DNA from: Acidimicrobiia bacterium | Lineage (GTDB): Bacteria; Actinomycetota; Acidimicrobiia; Spongiisociales; ZC4RG35 | NCBI GenBank assembly: GCA_965261135.1 | Contig: OZ253443.1 | Location: 2,597,677 to 2,661,676, forward strand | Reading direction: 5' to 3' | DNA: 64,000 nt | Shown here: positions 52,990 through 64,000 of the stretch, piece after piece | Position numbering within the stretch: the stretch's first letter is position 1 | Layout of the letters: every line of letters starts with the position of its first letter | Position numbers and translations under genes: made by a program | The notes under the pieces: generated by a model | Seen by the model: the letters and a program-made list of their open reading frames with translations, nothing else | Database searches by the model: none | What the model was told of the DNA's origin: nothing

Positions 52990-54353
52990 CCCTCTGGGAA
53001 GGGAGGATTGGAGGCGCACCCGCTGCCGAGATGTGGGAGTTCACCGTTTCGGCCGCCGATCGGCGCTTGCTCGGGGATGATGTCGAGGGGTCATTGGCCC
53101 ATGTGGGGATGCTTGGGGAGGTCGGAATATTGTCGAAATCGGAGGCCGGGACCATCACCGATGGCCTGCGGGCTATCGCCGCGGAGGCCCGGTCGGGCGC
53201 CTTTATCTTCACCGAGGCCGACGAAGATGTCCATTCGGCGGTGGAGCGTCGCTTGGTCGAACTGGTGGGACAGGTGGGCGGGAAACTCCACACGGGCAGG
53301 TCCCGCAACGATCAGGTTGCTCTGGATCTCCTCTTGTACATGCGCCGAGGGGCGGCCGGACACGCCCAGGGGCTGGCTCGTCTGGCGATGGTCCTGGTGG
53401 AGACAGCGGAGGGGATGGGCCCGGAGGTGGTTGTTCCTACTTATACCCACCTGCAGCAGGCCCAGCCGACCCTCTTTGCCCATCACCTTTTGGCCTACGC
53501 GCACATGGTGACCCGCGATCGGCGCCGCTTCCTGGACTTGAGCGCCCGGCTGGACTGCTCTCCGCTGGGCGCGGGGGCCTCGGCCGGATCATCCCTTCCC
53601 CTCTCGCCGGAGAGAACCGCAGCCCTCTTGGGGATGTCGAGTGCCTTCGCCAACTCACTGGACGCCGTCGGCTCCAGGGATCGGGCCGCCGAATACGTGT
53701 GGTGCTGTACCCGAGCGCTGGTTTCCCTATCCCGCTTGGGAGAGGATTTGGTCTTGTGGTCGACCCGTGAGTTCGGATGGATGACCTTGGCGGACGAGTT
53801 CGCCACGGGCTCTTCTGCCCTGCCGCAGAAAAAGAATCCCGATGTCGCCGAGTTGGTGCGCGGTAAGGCAGCCGGGGGGATCGGGTCCCTCACGGCGATG
53901 CTCGCCTTGGAAAAAGGGTTGCCGATGTCCTACAACCGCGACTTGCAAGAAGACAAGGAGCACCTCTTTCGGGTTGACGACGACCTGGAGGGCGCCGAGT
54001 CCGCGCTGGCGGGACTGGTGGCATCCGCCCGATTTCATCCCTCGCCGCCCGCTTCGGAGACCGCGGCCCTAGATCTAGCCGAGGCTCTGGTGGGGAGGGG
54101 GACACCTTTCCGGGAGGCGCATCGGGTTACCGGAGAGTTGGCGGCCCGGCTGTGGGCCGAGGGTCGGGACTTCTCGTCTCTCAGTTCCTCCGATCTTGCC
54201 GGTGCTCATCCCAGTTTTGAGCCTTCCGACCTCAGTCTCCTGGATCCTGTTTTCTCGGTGAAGCGGAGGGCCACTTCCGGGGGAGGCAGCCCTGAAAACG
54301 TGGCCGCCCAGATCGCTCAACTCCGCGCAGAACTCTCCGGCGAAGAGCCGTAG
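52986..54353 (+). CDS. argH: Argininosuccinate lyase
   Basis: [22 protein letters not shown]. Confidence 0.96.
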   Translation: MTLWEGRIGGAPAAEMWEFTVSAADRRLLGDDVEGSLAHVGMLGEVGILSKSEAGTITDGLRAIAAEARSGAFIFTEADEDVHSAVERRLVELVGQVGGKLHTGRSRNDQVALDLLLYMRRGAAGHAQGLARLAMVLVETAEGMGPEVVVPTYTHLQQAQPTLFAHHLLAYAHMVTRDRRRFLDLSARLDCSPLGAGASAGSSLPLSPERTAALLGMSSAFANSLDAVGSRDRAAEYVWCCTRALVSLSRLGEDLVLWSTREFGWMTLADEFATGSSALPQKKNPDVAELVRGKAAGGIGSLTAMLALEKGLPMSYNRDLQEDKEHLFRVDDDLEGAESALAGLVASARFHPSPPASETAALDLAEALVGRGTPFREAHRVTGELAARLWAEGRDFSSLSSSDLAGAHPSFEPSDLSLLDPVFSVKRRATSGGGSPENVAAQIAQLRAELSGEEP

Positions 54354-54564
54354 ATCTCCCCGGTTCGCTGGGTTCCCGGTTTTGGTGGGGACCCCAGGAA
54401 AGACCTCTCACGACGTCATGCTTCAATAGGCAACAGTTGGATCATCATTGATGGACGGGAAAGGTTGGAGCTCGAAAACCGTCAACCGAAGGCTTCTCCA
54501 AACCTAAACTCAAGGCCAACCCGACAGGATGCCTCCCTGTAACCCTGAAGACAAAGCGTATTAG

Positions 54565-56088
54565 GTGAACCGACCCAACCTTGCCACGCCCACCCGGCCG
54601 CCGTTCTGGCGTAACGCCACCTTCCTGAAATGGGCGGCGCAACTCGGAGTGCTCTTCGGGGTGGTGGTTCTGGGTTATGTGCTGGTTGGCGAGGCAGCCG
54701 CCAACATGAAAGCGCAGGGACTCTCGTTGGACTGGGATCTCTTGACGGATCCCCCGGGCATCCAACTGGGAGAAGGGGTTTTCATTATCCCCGAAACCGG
54801 GTTGGAGGTGTTCTATACGGGAGCGGTGAATATGTTGAGGATCGCCCTGTCGGGAATCGCGGCGGCCACCGTGGTGGGGGTGGCAGTTGGTATAGCCCGG
54901 CTGTCCTCCAACTGGCTGGCGTCCCGGCTGGCTACGGCGTTCGTGGAGACGGTTCGCAACATTCCGGTCCTGGTGCAGGTGGTCTTCTGGTTTTTCCTCG
55001 CTTCCATTCTTTTTCCGAACCTGGAGGAGGATAGCTCCGGTCCGATCCCCGGAGTGCTGCTGGTCAGCCGTAAAGGGGTTTCCTTCGCGTGGCCCTTTCC
55101 GCAGGAGACCTTCTGGCAGTGGGGCGCATTCCTGGTGCTGGGTTTTCTGACCGCCCGGTGGATATATCGCAGCCGGATGCGCCAAGCCGAAGAAATGGGG
55201 GAGGACACCCGGCCTCTCACCTGGGCGGTGGCGACGCTGCTGGCTTGGGCATTGGTTGGCTGGGTCGCCCACCCATTGGCCGGGGCTCTTGGATGGGTGT
55301 TCGGCTTATTGGCCGCTCTGGTGGGTTTCGTTCCGGTTTTGGCGTACCAGATGCTGTTGGCGTTGGCCGCCCTCTATCTGGGGTGGCGATGGATTCATCG
55401 GTTCTTGGAGTCCCGTCGCAGTCCCGCCGGCATGGCCAGACTCACCGACGACGACTACTTCCGGTTGGTGCTGGCAGGGCTCCTGGGCGCCGGTGGAGCA
55501 GCGGCGCTGCTGTTGCTGCCGGCGGTCACCGATCTGGGAGTCAGCGTCTTCCAAGGCCTTTTGGAGTTCTTCGATCAGAAGTTCGACTTCCTTCGCACCG
55601 GGGCGCCCGTGGTGATCGGACAGCCATCGGTGGAACTGCCGGGCCGATTCCCGCAGATCGCCCCTTCCGGCATGACCATGACTCCCTCTTTTTTCGGAAT
55701 CTGGATGGGAGTGACTCTCTACACAGCCGCGTTCATCGCCGAGATCGTCAGAGGCGGCATTCTTTCGGTGCCCAAGGGCCAGAGCGAGGCGGGATACTCC
55801 CTGGGTTTGAGGCGGGGGCAGCTTCTCCGCATGGTCACACTCCCACAGGCATTCCGGGTGATTCTTCCTCCGCTGGGCAACCAATATCTGAATTTGTCCA
55901 AGAACACCTCGCTTGGGATCGCAGTGGCCTTCCCGGAGATGGTGCAGGTTGGCCAGACCATGTTCAATCAGACTGGCGACACCATCCAGGTGATCCTTTT
56001 GTGGATGGGGTTCTATCTGACCATCAGCCTTTTGATTTCGCTGCTGATTAACTATTACAACCGACGCGCCCAACTGGTGGAGCGGTAG
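54565..56088 (+). CDS. Polar amino-acid ABC permease (AapQ/BztB-like)
   Basis: VETVRNIP, AFIAEIVRGGI, KGQSEA, KNTSL. Confidence 0.85.
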   Translation: MNRPNLATPTRPPFWRNATFLKWAAQLGVLFGVVVLGYVLVGEAAANMKAQGLSLDWDLLTDPPGIQLGEGVFIIPETGLEVFYTGAVNMLRIALSGIAAATVVGVAVGIARLSSNWLASRLATAFVETVRNIPVLVQVVFWFFLASILFPNLEEDSSGPIPGVLLVSRKGVSFAWPFPQETFWQWGAFLVLGFLTARWIYRSRMRQAEEMGEDTRPLTWAVATLLAWALVGWVAHPLAGALGWVFGLLAALVGFVPVLAYQMLLALAALYLGWRWIHRFLESRRSPAGMARLTDDDYFRLVLAGLLGAGGAAALLLLPAVTDLGVSVFQGLLEFFDQKFDFLRTGAPVVIGQPSVELPGRFPQIAPSGMTMTPSFFGIWMGVTLYTAAFIAEIVRGGILSVPKGQSEAGYSLGLRRGQLLRMVTLPQAFRVILPPLGNQYLNLSKNTSLGIAVAFPEMVQVGQTMFNQTGDTIQVILLWMGFYLTISLLISLLINYYNRRAQLVER

Positions 56089-57831
56089 ATGAGCCTCGAA
56101 CAGTATGGGCTTATTCCGGCCGAGCCGCCCCCCAAGGCGCTTCGCCTGAGCGGCCTCAACTGGATCCGTAAGAACCTCTTCGCCTCGGTATTCAACGGGA
56201 CGCTGACCGTGCTCCTCACGGTGGGGCTGCTGGTGGGAATCTTGGCGGCGCTCCGCTTTGTCTTCAGCCCGGATCGTCGCTGGGAGGTAATCCCTCCCAA
56301 CGCCGCCAATTACACAGTGGGATCCTATCCCCGCGACGGCTTGGCCAACATTTGGTGGTCGGTTTGGATCATCGCCGCTCTTGCCGGGATATCCACCGTC
56401 CTCTGGGGCGCCAAGGGCCGGATCCCGTTGGTGAAGGTAGTGGCGGGGGTGAGGGCGGCAGGGGTGACCGCTTTGGTGGTGGGAGTGCTGTCGCTTTGGT
56501 CTCCCGCCGGAACCGCAGTCCAATCCTTGCTGGTCTGGGGTGGGGCCGTCCTCGTGGCGGCCGGGTGGGCGCTTATGAGGATGTTATGGGATGATAGGAC
56601 GGTGCCCACTACGAGCGCCTTGGCCGGTTTGGTCGCACTGGGACTGGCTGTGATGTGGTTCCTACGCTTGGACAGCACCGCCCACTGGCACCTGCGGTTG
56701 ATCGTCACCTCCTTGGTGCTATTAGCGTTCCATGGGCTAGGGCGGCTGGCCGCACGGTGGGCTTCGCCACGGGCTCTGAGAAGAAGTGTCACGCTCCTGT
56801 GGGTGGTCTCGTTTCCCGTGATCTATATGCAAATCCAGCGCAGCCCCAGCCTGGAGTGGGAGGAGGTGCTCCCGTGGCTTCCCTCGGCGGTTCTCGTGGC
56901 GGCGGTCGGGCCGGTCGTGATCGGGCTGGTCAGCCGTCTCCAACGAGAGCAAGCCGCAGCGGTTAACTTTCTGCTGGGGGGAGTGGCGATCTTCTCCTGG
57001 GTGGTGCAGTGGCCGATGGCCATCCGGGTGCTGACGCTGCTGCTGACGCTTTTCTCCATGGCCACTCCCACTTTCGCCTCCAGCCCGCAGGCTCGGAAGG
57101 CCTTCTACTGGTCGTGGTTGGGAGGATCGCTCTGCGCCCTGTATTTCTTTCTGCTGGGGGTGGGATCGACTGATCTGGGCATCCGCGGGGACTTCCTGGG
57201 CGGATTCAACCTCACTATCCTGCTGGCGGTGGGGGCGATTGCTCTCTCCTTCCCCGTCGGGCTGCTTCTGGCCTTGGGGCGCACCTCGACCATGCCCATC
57301 TTTCGGCTTTTGTCCGTCGCCTACATAGAGCTGGTCAGGGGGGTCCCGCTGATCACCGTGTTGTTCTTTGCCGACAAAGTCATTCCCCGCTTTCTGCCAC
57401 CGTGGGTGGATGTCACCGGAGAGATGAAAGCGCTTCTGGCCATTACTGCCTTCTCCGCCGCCTACCTCGCCGAGAACGTGAGGGGCGGGCTGCAGTCGGT
57501 CTCCAAAGGACAATTCGAGGCGGCCCGGGCACTGGGAATGAGCACCGCTCAGATGACCATGCTCATCACTCTACCCCAAGCCTTGAAGGCGGTCATCCCC
57601 GCCTTGGTGGGCCAGACCATCGCCCTCTTCAAGGACACCTCGCTGGTGGCCATCATCGGGCTGGCCGACTTTTTGAGAGTGGCCCGCGATGTGGTGCCCA
57701 ACCAACCCGACTCCTTGGGGAGCGTTCTGGAGAACCTGTTGCTGGCGGCGGTGGTCTATTGGGTTTTTGCTTTTAGCTTCAGTCGGGCCAGCTTACGGCT
57801 GGAGAAGCGTTTGGGTGTAGGCACCCGCTAG
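56089..57831 (+). CDS. Polar amino-acid ABC permease (AapM/BztC-like)
   Basis: YIELVRGVPLIT, AENVRGGLQ, GQFEAA, KDTSL. Confidence 0.85.
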   Translation: MSLEQYGLIPAEPPPKALRLSGLNWIRKNLFASVFNGTLTVLLTVGLLVGILAALRFVFSPDRRWEVIPPNAANYTVGSYPRDGLANIWWSVWIIAALAGISTVLWGAKGRIPLVKVVAGVRAAGVTALVVGVLSLWSPAGTAVQSLLVWGGAVLVAAGWALMRMLWDDRTVPTTSALAGLVALGLAVMWFLRLDSTAHWHLRLIVTSLVLLAFHGLGRLAARWASPRALRRSVTLLWVVSFPVIYMQIQRSPSLEWEEVLPWLPSAVLVAAVGPVVIGLVSRLQREQAAAVNFLLGGVAIFSWVVQWPMAIRVLTLLLTLFSMATPTFASSPQARKAFYWSWLGGSLCALYFFLLGVGSTDLGIRGDFLGGFNLTILLAVGAIALSFPVGLLLALGRTSTMPIFRLLSVAYIELVRGVPLITVLFFADKVIPRFLPPWVDVTGEMKALLAITAFSAAYLAENVRGGLQSVSKGQFEAARALGMSTAQMTMLITLPQALKAVIPALVGQTIALFKDTSLVAIIGLADFLRVARDVVPNQPDSLGSVLENLLLAAVVYWVFAFSFSRASLRLEKRLGVGTR

Positions 57832-57843
57832 CGTGAGGGAGTA

Positions 57844-58599
57844 ATGATGGAAAACCAAGCAGCCAACCAGATCATCGTATGCGAGAACGTGAAGAAGTGG
57901 TTCGGGGATTTTCAGGCCCTCCGAGGCGTTACCACCTCCATAGCCGAGGGGGAGACGGTGGTGATCATCGGACCGTCGGGGTCGGGTAAATCCACCTTCA
58001 TACGTTGTATCAATCGCCTGGAACAACACCAGGAGGGGCGGATCGTGGTGGGCGGAACCGAACTCACCTCCGATGTTCGAAACATTGAGCGGATCCGCTC
58101 AAACGTGGGGATGGTCTTCCAGCAGTTCAACCTGTTCCCTCATCTCACCGTGCTGCAGAACATCACTCTGGCCCAGGTCTGGGTCCGCAAACGGAGCAAG
58201 GCGGACGCCGAGGAGCGGGCGCTGGCTCTCCTGGAGCGGGTGGATATTCCCGAGCAAGCCTCCAAGTACCCGGGCCAACTCTCCGGCGGCCAGCAGCAGC
58301 GGGTGGCCATTGCCCGCTCGCTGGCCATGGATCCCAAGATCATGCTGTTCGACGAGCCGACTTCCGCTCTCGATCCCGAGATGATCGCAGAAGTGCTGGA
58401 AGTGATGCGCGAACTGGCCCAGACCGGGATGACCATCCTGGCTGTCACCCACGAAATGGGCTTCGCCCGCGAAGTCGCCAACCGCATCCTGCTGTTCGAC
58501 GAGGGCCAGATAATAGAAGAAGGTCCCCCCGCAGAGTTCTTTAGCAATCCCCGCCACCCCCGCACCAAGATGTTCCTAAAACAAATCCTCAGCCATTGA
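57844..58599 (+). CDS. Polar amino-acid ABC ATP-binding subunit (AapP/GlnQ-like)
   Basis: GPSGSGKS, LSGGQQQR, DEPTSALD, THEMGFA. Confidence 0.94.
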   Translation: MMENQAANQIIVCENVKKWFGDFQALRGVTTSIAEGETVVIIGPSGSGKSTFIRCINRLEQHQEGRIVVGGTELTSDVRNIERIRSNVGMVFQQFNLFPHLTVLQNITLAQVWVRKRSKADAEERALALLERVDIPEQASKYPGQLSGGQQQRVAIARSLAMDPKIMLFDEPTSALDPEMIAEVLEVMRELAQTGMTILAVTHEMGFAREVANRILLFDEGQIIEEGPPAEFFSNPRHPRTKMFLKQILSH

Positions 58600-58827
58600 G
58601 GCCGGGCTGACTCCGGCGGCTCGCCGCGAATTCCCAAAACCGGCGCCTTGGTAGAGATGGGCTTTGCCGGGCAGCAAGATAGAGGCTCCTGATCGGCTCG
58701 GACCTTTATGTCATATTTATCCTTAAGGTGACATTTTTTACCAAGGCCCGTGGACACAAATCCAGGAGACGAGGTCCGGGGGCTTGGTAAAATGCCTATC
58801 GAACAAAGACGAGGACAGGAGGGAGAG

Positions 58828-59031
58828 ATGAGCGAACCTACCAAGGGCTACATAGTTCGAGGAAAGAAACGGTCGCCCAAAACCTATCCGACGGGGCGGG
58901 TGTGCATCCAGAAGGGATGTGAGGTGAAGCTGAACCGCTACAACCGCCGCGAGTACTGCTACAACCACGCGCCGGTTCGTTACCCGCGAGTCCGGGGAAG
59001 GGTGCTTCCCGAAACGCCTAGTTGGACTTAG
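58828..59031 (+). CDS. Small basic Cys/His protein (putative zinc finger)
   Basis: AGGAGG-type RBS before ATG 58828; CIQKGC...YN...CYNH. Confidence 0.6.
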   Translation: MSEPTKGYIVRGKKRSPKTYPTGRVCIQKGCEVKLNRYNRREYCYNHAPVRYPRVRGRVLPETPSWT

Positions 59032-59142
59032 CCCACTCGGTCCGGGGCCGAAATCCCGGACGACCTGCCTTCGGCGGAGCGATCGCGCCGGGGCGGATTT
59101 GGGCATTCCCCCGGCCGGCTTTGGTTCAGGGGGTGGGGAGTG

Positions 59143-61092
<1,950 letters not shown>

Positions 61093-61257
61093 GGTGCGCT
61101 CCTTCGTTGCTCTGCGACTTGCTCCCGAATTTAGGGGCCGTTCTATAGGTTGGTCAGGTCGGTGATAGTCCCGATAGGGGACATGGTAGATGCGTGTTCG
61201 CCAGCAGGAGACGCCCTCGACGGAATTGCGGCGTCGGAAGCCGAGCCGGACGGGGTT

Positions 61258-62766
61258 TCAGCGGCGGCGGGGGTGCATGGGGTAGCGGCGGCGGTACAGG
61301 GTGTACAGCCCTTCTGCGACCAGGGTGGCTATCGCCAGGACCTGCACCCAGTCTCCCAGTCGGACATAGAGAGTCGGCCCCGAGGTTCGCGTCCGCACCT
61401 CTCCCAACAGCAGGGCCTCTTCGGCCAGAGCGGTCTGGGGACCGGTCTCGCCCGAGGGGGTGATGATGGTGGAGCGGCCGGTCACCGCGGTGTGGATCAA
61501 CGGCATTCCCAGTTCGGCCGCCCGCATGCGGGTGATCCCGATGAACTGGTCGGAAGCCACCGAGTAGGGGTAGCTCTCCTGGCTGGTGGCCAGGATCAGC
61601 AGCCCGGCGCCCTGTTTCGCGGTCTCCCTGCCGTAGCGGGCAAACGACCCCTCGAAGGAGATGACCGATCCGAACGGGCCGAATCCCAGGTCCCACAGGA
61701 GGGGTCCGTCTCCCCGGATCATGTCCCGGGGCACGGCTTCCAACTCTTCGACCCACCCGAACCAACCCCGGCCCGGCACGTACTCTCCGAAGGGAACCGG
61801 GTGCTGTTTGTGGTATTCGCCTACGATCTGCCCACTCTGGTCGAACACCACATTGGCATTCACCCAGTGGGTGTCGTTGAGGGGGCGGTCCCCACCGGCC
61901 AGCAGAACAGCACCGATTCGGGCCGCCTCGGCGCCCATCGCCTCGCCCACCTCGGGAGCATTGATGGGATCGGCCGTCCAGGAACCGGTGGAGCCCTCCG
62001 GCCATACCACCAGGTCGACGCTGCCCGGCGCCAGGGTGCGGGTGATCCGCAAATGGTTCTGGTATACCTGGTGCCTCTCATTGGGACAGTGCTCTCCCGG
62101 ACAGGGATTGTTCCCCTGCACCACCGCCACCCGCACCACCTCCCCGTCGATTTGGGGAGGCCACAGTAGGCCGCCGACCAGCAGTATCGCCACCACTCCG
62201 GCCACCCCGGCCGCCAGACGAAGGGATTCAGCGTTGCGGGTGCGGCGGGCGGCCAGTAGAGCGAGGGCGGCCGCGGCGGCCGCCACCAGCACCGTCCAGC
62301 CCGAAGCGCCGATCCATCGTGCGGCGGCGCGGGGAGGGGACCATTCGCTCAAGGGATAGCCGGCCATTCCCCACCCCAATCCCCCCAGGGGCCATCGCAC
62401 CCTGATCCATTCCATCAGGGCCCATCCTCCCACCGCCCGGACGAACCACCGGTAAGAGGACAATTCGGCGCTGCGCGCCATAAAAACCGCGTAGACGGCT
62501 GGAAAAAACGAGAGCACCACCAATGGGGGAATGAAGGCGATTACTCCCAGCTCAGCAAGCCACGGTATCAATAGCCCGAAGAACGCTCCGCCGAACGCCA
62601 GGCCGGCCGCCGCGGCCGTCAAGAGAGAGTTGATCCGGCGGGTCTGCAGCAGGAAGAGGGCGATGGCCGGCACGGTTGCCCACCACCAGGACCGGATTGG
62701 GAAGGCCATCGCCAACCCGGCGCCGGCCACAGCCGATGCCAAGATCGGGGCGACTCTGTCGATCAT
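61258..62766 (-). CDS. lnt: Apolipoprotein N-acyltransferase
   Basis: VQGN, VVWPE, KQHPVPFGEY, ISFE, RAAE. Confidence 0.9.
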   Translation of the reverse strand: MIDRVAPILASAVAGAGLAMAFPIRSWWWATVPAIALFLLQTRRINSLLTAAAAGLAFGGAFFGLLIPWLAELGVIAFIPPLVVLSFFPAVYAVFMARSAELSSYRWFVRAVGGWALMEWIRVRWPLGGLGWGMAGYPLSEWSPPRAAARWIGASGWTVLVAAAAAALALLAARRTRNAESLRLAAGVAGVVAILLVGGLLWPPQIDGEVVRVAVVQGNNPCPGEHCPNERHQVYQNHLRITRTLAPGSVDLVVWPEGSTGSWTADPINAPEVGEAMGAEAARIGAVLLAGGDRPLNDTHWVNANVVFDQSGQIVGEYHKQHPVPFGEYVPGRGWFGWVEELEAVPRDMIRGDGPLLWDLGFGPFGSVISFEGSFARYGRETAKQGAGLLILATSQESYPYSVASDQFIGITRMRAAELGMPLIHTAVTGRSTIITPSGETGPQTALAEEALLLGEVRTRTSGPTLYVRLGDWVQVLAIATLVAEGLYTLYRRRYPMHPRRR

Positions 62767-62839
62767 CGGTCCATCTTGTTGTCAGGCTACCCAAGAGCTC
62801 GGCGCAGGTAACCTCTGTCGAGTGAACGAGGCTCCCTCG

Positions 62840-63616
62840 ATGACCGATTTGGAGTTGGCCGTGGCCGCCGCCCGCCAAGCGGCCGCGCGTCTGAAAGAAG
62901 CATGGGGGAACGCCTCCGAAGTGGAGTTCAAAGGGGAGGTGGACCCCGTTACCGATGTGGATCGCCGGGTGGAGGCCGAGATACGCCGGATGTTGATCTC
63001 TCATCGCCCTTCGGATGGGATCGTGGGAGAAGAGGAGGGCGGACATCTTCCCGAGCGGGGTCGGGTTTGGATTATCGATCCCTTGGACGGCACGGTCAAC
63101 TTCATCCACGGATTGGCGCCGGTAAGCGTCTCGGTAGCCCTTTGGGAAGACGGAGCGCCCATGGTCGGAGTGGTTATAGAGGCCATCCACGGCGAGGAGT
63201 TCACTGCGGTGCGCGGGGAGGGCGCCCGGCTTGGCGCCCGGCCGATCTCGGTCAGTTCACATGCCCTTCTCTCCCAGGCCCTGGTGGCCACCGGCTTCCC
63301 CTACGACCGCAGGGAACGGGCGGACGAGTACGCAGCTTTGGTGGGGGCGGTTCTGGCCGAATGCCAGGGAGTGAGACGAAGGGGTTCGGCGGCGTTGGAC
63401 CTCTGCTATGTGGCCGACGGTCGATTCGACGCCTATTGGGAACAAGGCTTGGCGGTTTGGGACATGGCGGCCGGGATCCTGATGGTGGACGAGGCGGGTG
63501 GAAAGGTAACCGGACTCGACGGAGGAAAAGTTCCCTTGGACGGATCGCTGGTGATAGCCACCAACGGCGCTGTCCATGGCCGGTTTGGAAAGGTGCTGGC
63601 CAAAGCGGTCGGCTAA
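62840..63616 (+). CDS. suhB: Inositol monophosphatase family
   Basis: GEE, WIIDPLDGTVNF, GSAALDL, WDMAAG. Confidence 0.9.
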   Translation: MTDLELAVAAARQAAARLKEAWGNASEVEFKGEVDPVTDVDRRVEAEIRRMLISHRPSDGIVGEEEGGHLPERGRVWIIDPLDGTVNFIHGLAPVSVSVALWEDGAPMVGVVIEAIHGEEFTAVRGEGARLGARPISVSSHALLSQALVATGFPYDRRERADEYAALVGAVLAECQGVRRRGSAALDLCYVADGRFDAYWEQGLAVWDMAAGILMVDEAGGKVTGLDGGKVPLDGSLVIATNGAVHGRFGKVLAKAVG

Positions 63617-63635
63617 GGAATCCTGGGAGAAATAT

Positions 63636-64000
63636 ATGGGAAGTCACACCAAGAAGATATTCGACTACACGGTGATCGACGTGGCGCTTGTCGAAGAAAT
63701 CACCTCCGGGGCCATAGCGGAGGCCGAGGACATGCTGTCCGAAGTGTTGGACGCCGACCTTCCCCGCACCTATTGCAACACCCTGGCGCCGCTGGAGGAG
63801 GCGGGGGAGGTAGTGGGAAGGGCCTTCGGGACCGCCGGCTTCATGGGTTATGTCCACACCGACCAAGAGGTGAGAGATGCGGGCCGCGCTTGCGGCGAGC
63901 GGCTCTCCAAATGGCATACGGAACTCGCCTTCAACCCCAGGCTCTACCACTCGGTTGAGGCGTTTTCGGCCACGGAGGAGGCTGGCTCGCTCTCTGGAGA
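63636..64000 (+). CDS. M3-family oligopeptidase (thimet-like), 3'-truncated by the window edge
   Basis: Open frame MGSHTKKIFDY...RTYCNTLAPL...YVHTDQEVRDA...LY resembles the M3A N-terminus. Confidence 0.65.
   Translation, partial: MGSHTKKIFDYTVIDVALVEEITSGAIAEAEDMLSEVLDADLPRTYCNTLAPLEEAGEVVGRAFGTAGFMGYVHTDQEVRDAGRACGERLSKWHTELAFNPRLYHSVEAFSATEEAGSLSG

Overview
High-GC bacterial chromosome window, most likely Actinomycetota (Acidimicrobiia-like by gene order and protein motifs; inference), spanning the replication origin. Bases 1-~11715 are the right part of an integrative element inserted at the 3' end of tRNA-Ala. It carries a PRTase, an alkaline-phosphatase-family gene split by an IS110, an RHH protein, a TraD/VirD4-like coupling ATPase, a 133-bp tandem duplication, AlpA, a split tyrosine-less integrase paralogue and an intact P4-type integrase. 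Bases 12-23 kb are a catabolic/ABC-uptake islet between tRNA-Ala and tRNA-Ile. The rest is core genome: gyrA-gyrB-dciA-recF-dnaN-oriC-dnaA, rpmH-rnpA-yidD-yidC-jag, rsmG-parA-parB with two parS sites, amidase/trxA/trxB, cca, the arg operon, an amino-acid ABC transporter, acs, lnt and suhB. The strongest signal is the IS110 (1580-2852). Its 5' non-coding end folds into a bridge-RNA-like structure whose four guide segments can be read directly against the reconstructed target (AACCCAT-GC-TCACA) and circular donor (CATAGGA-GC-GTG), giving a GC core; exact removal of the IS restores an in-frame 368-aa phosphatase gene. Bridge RNAs are a known class, so this is a new instance rather than a new system. 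All calls come from motif recognition by eye; no database searches or folding programs were run.
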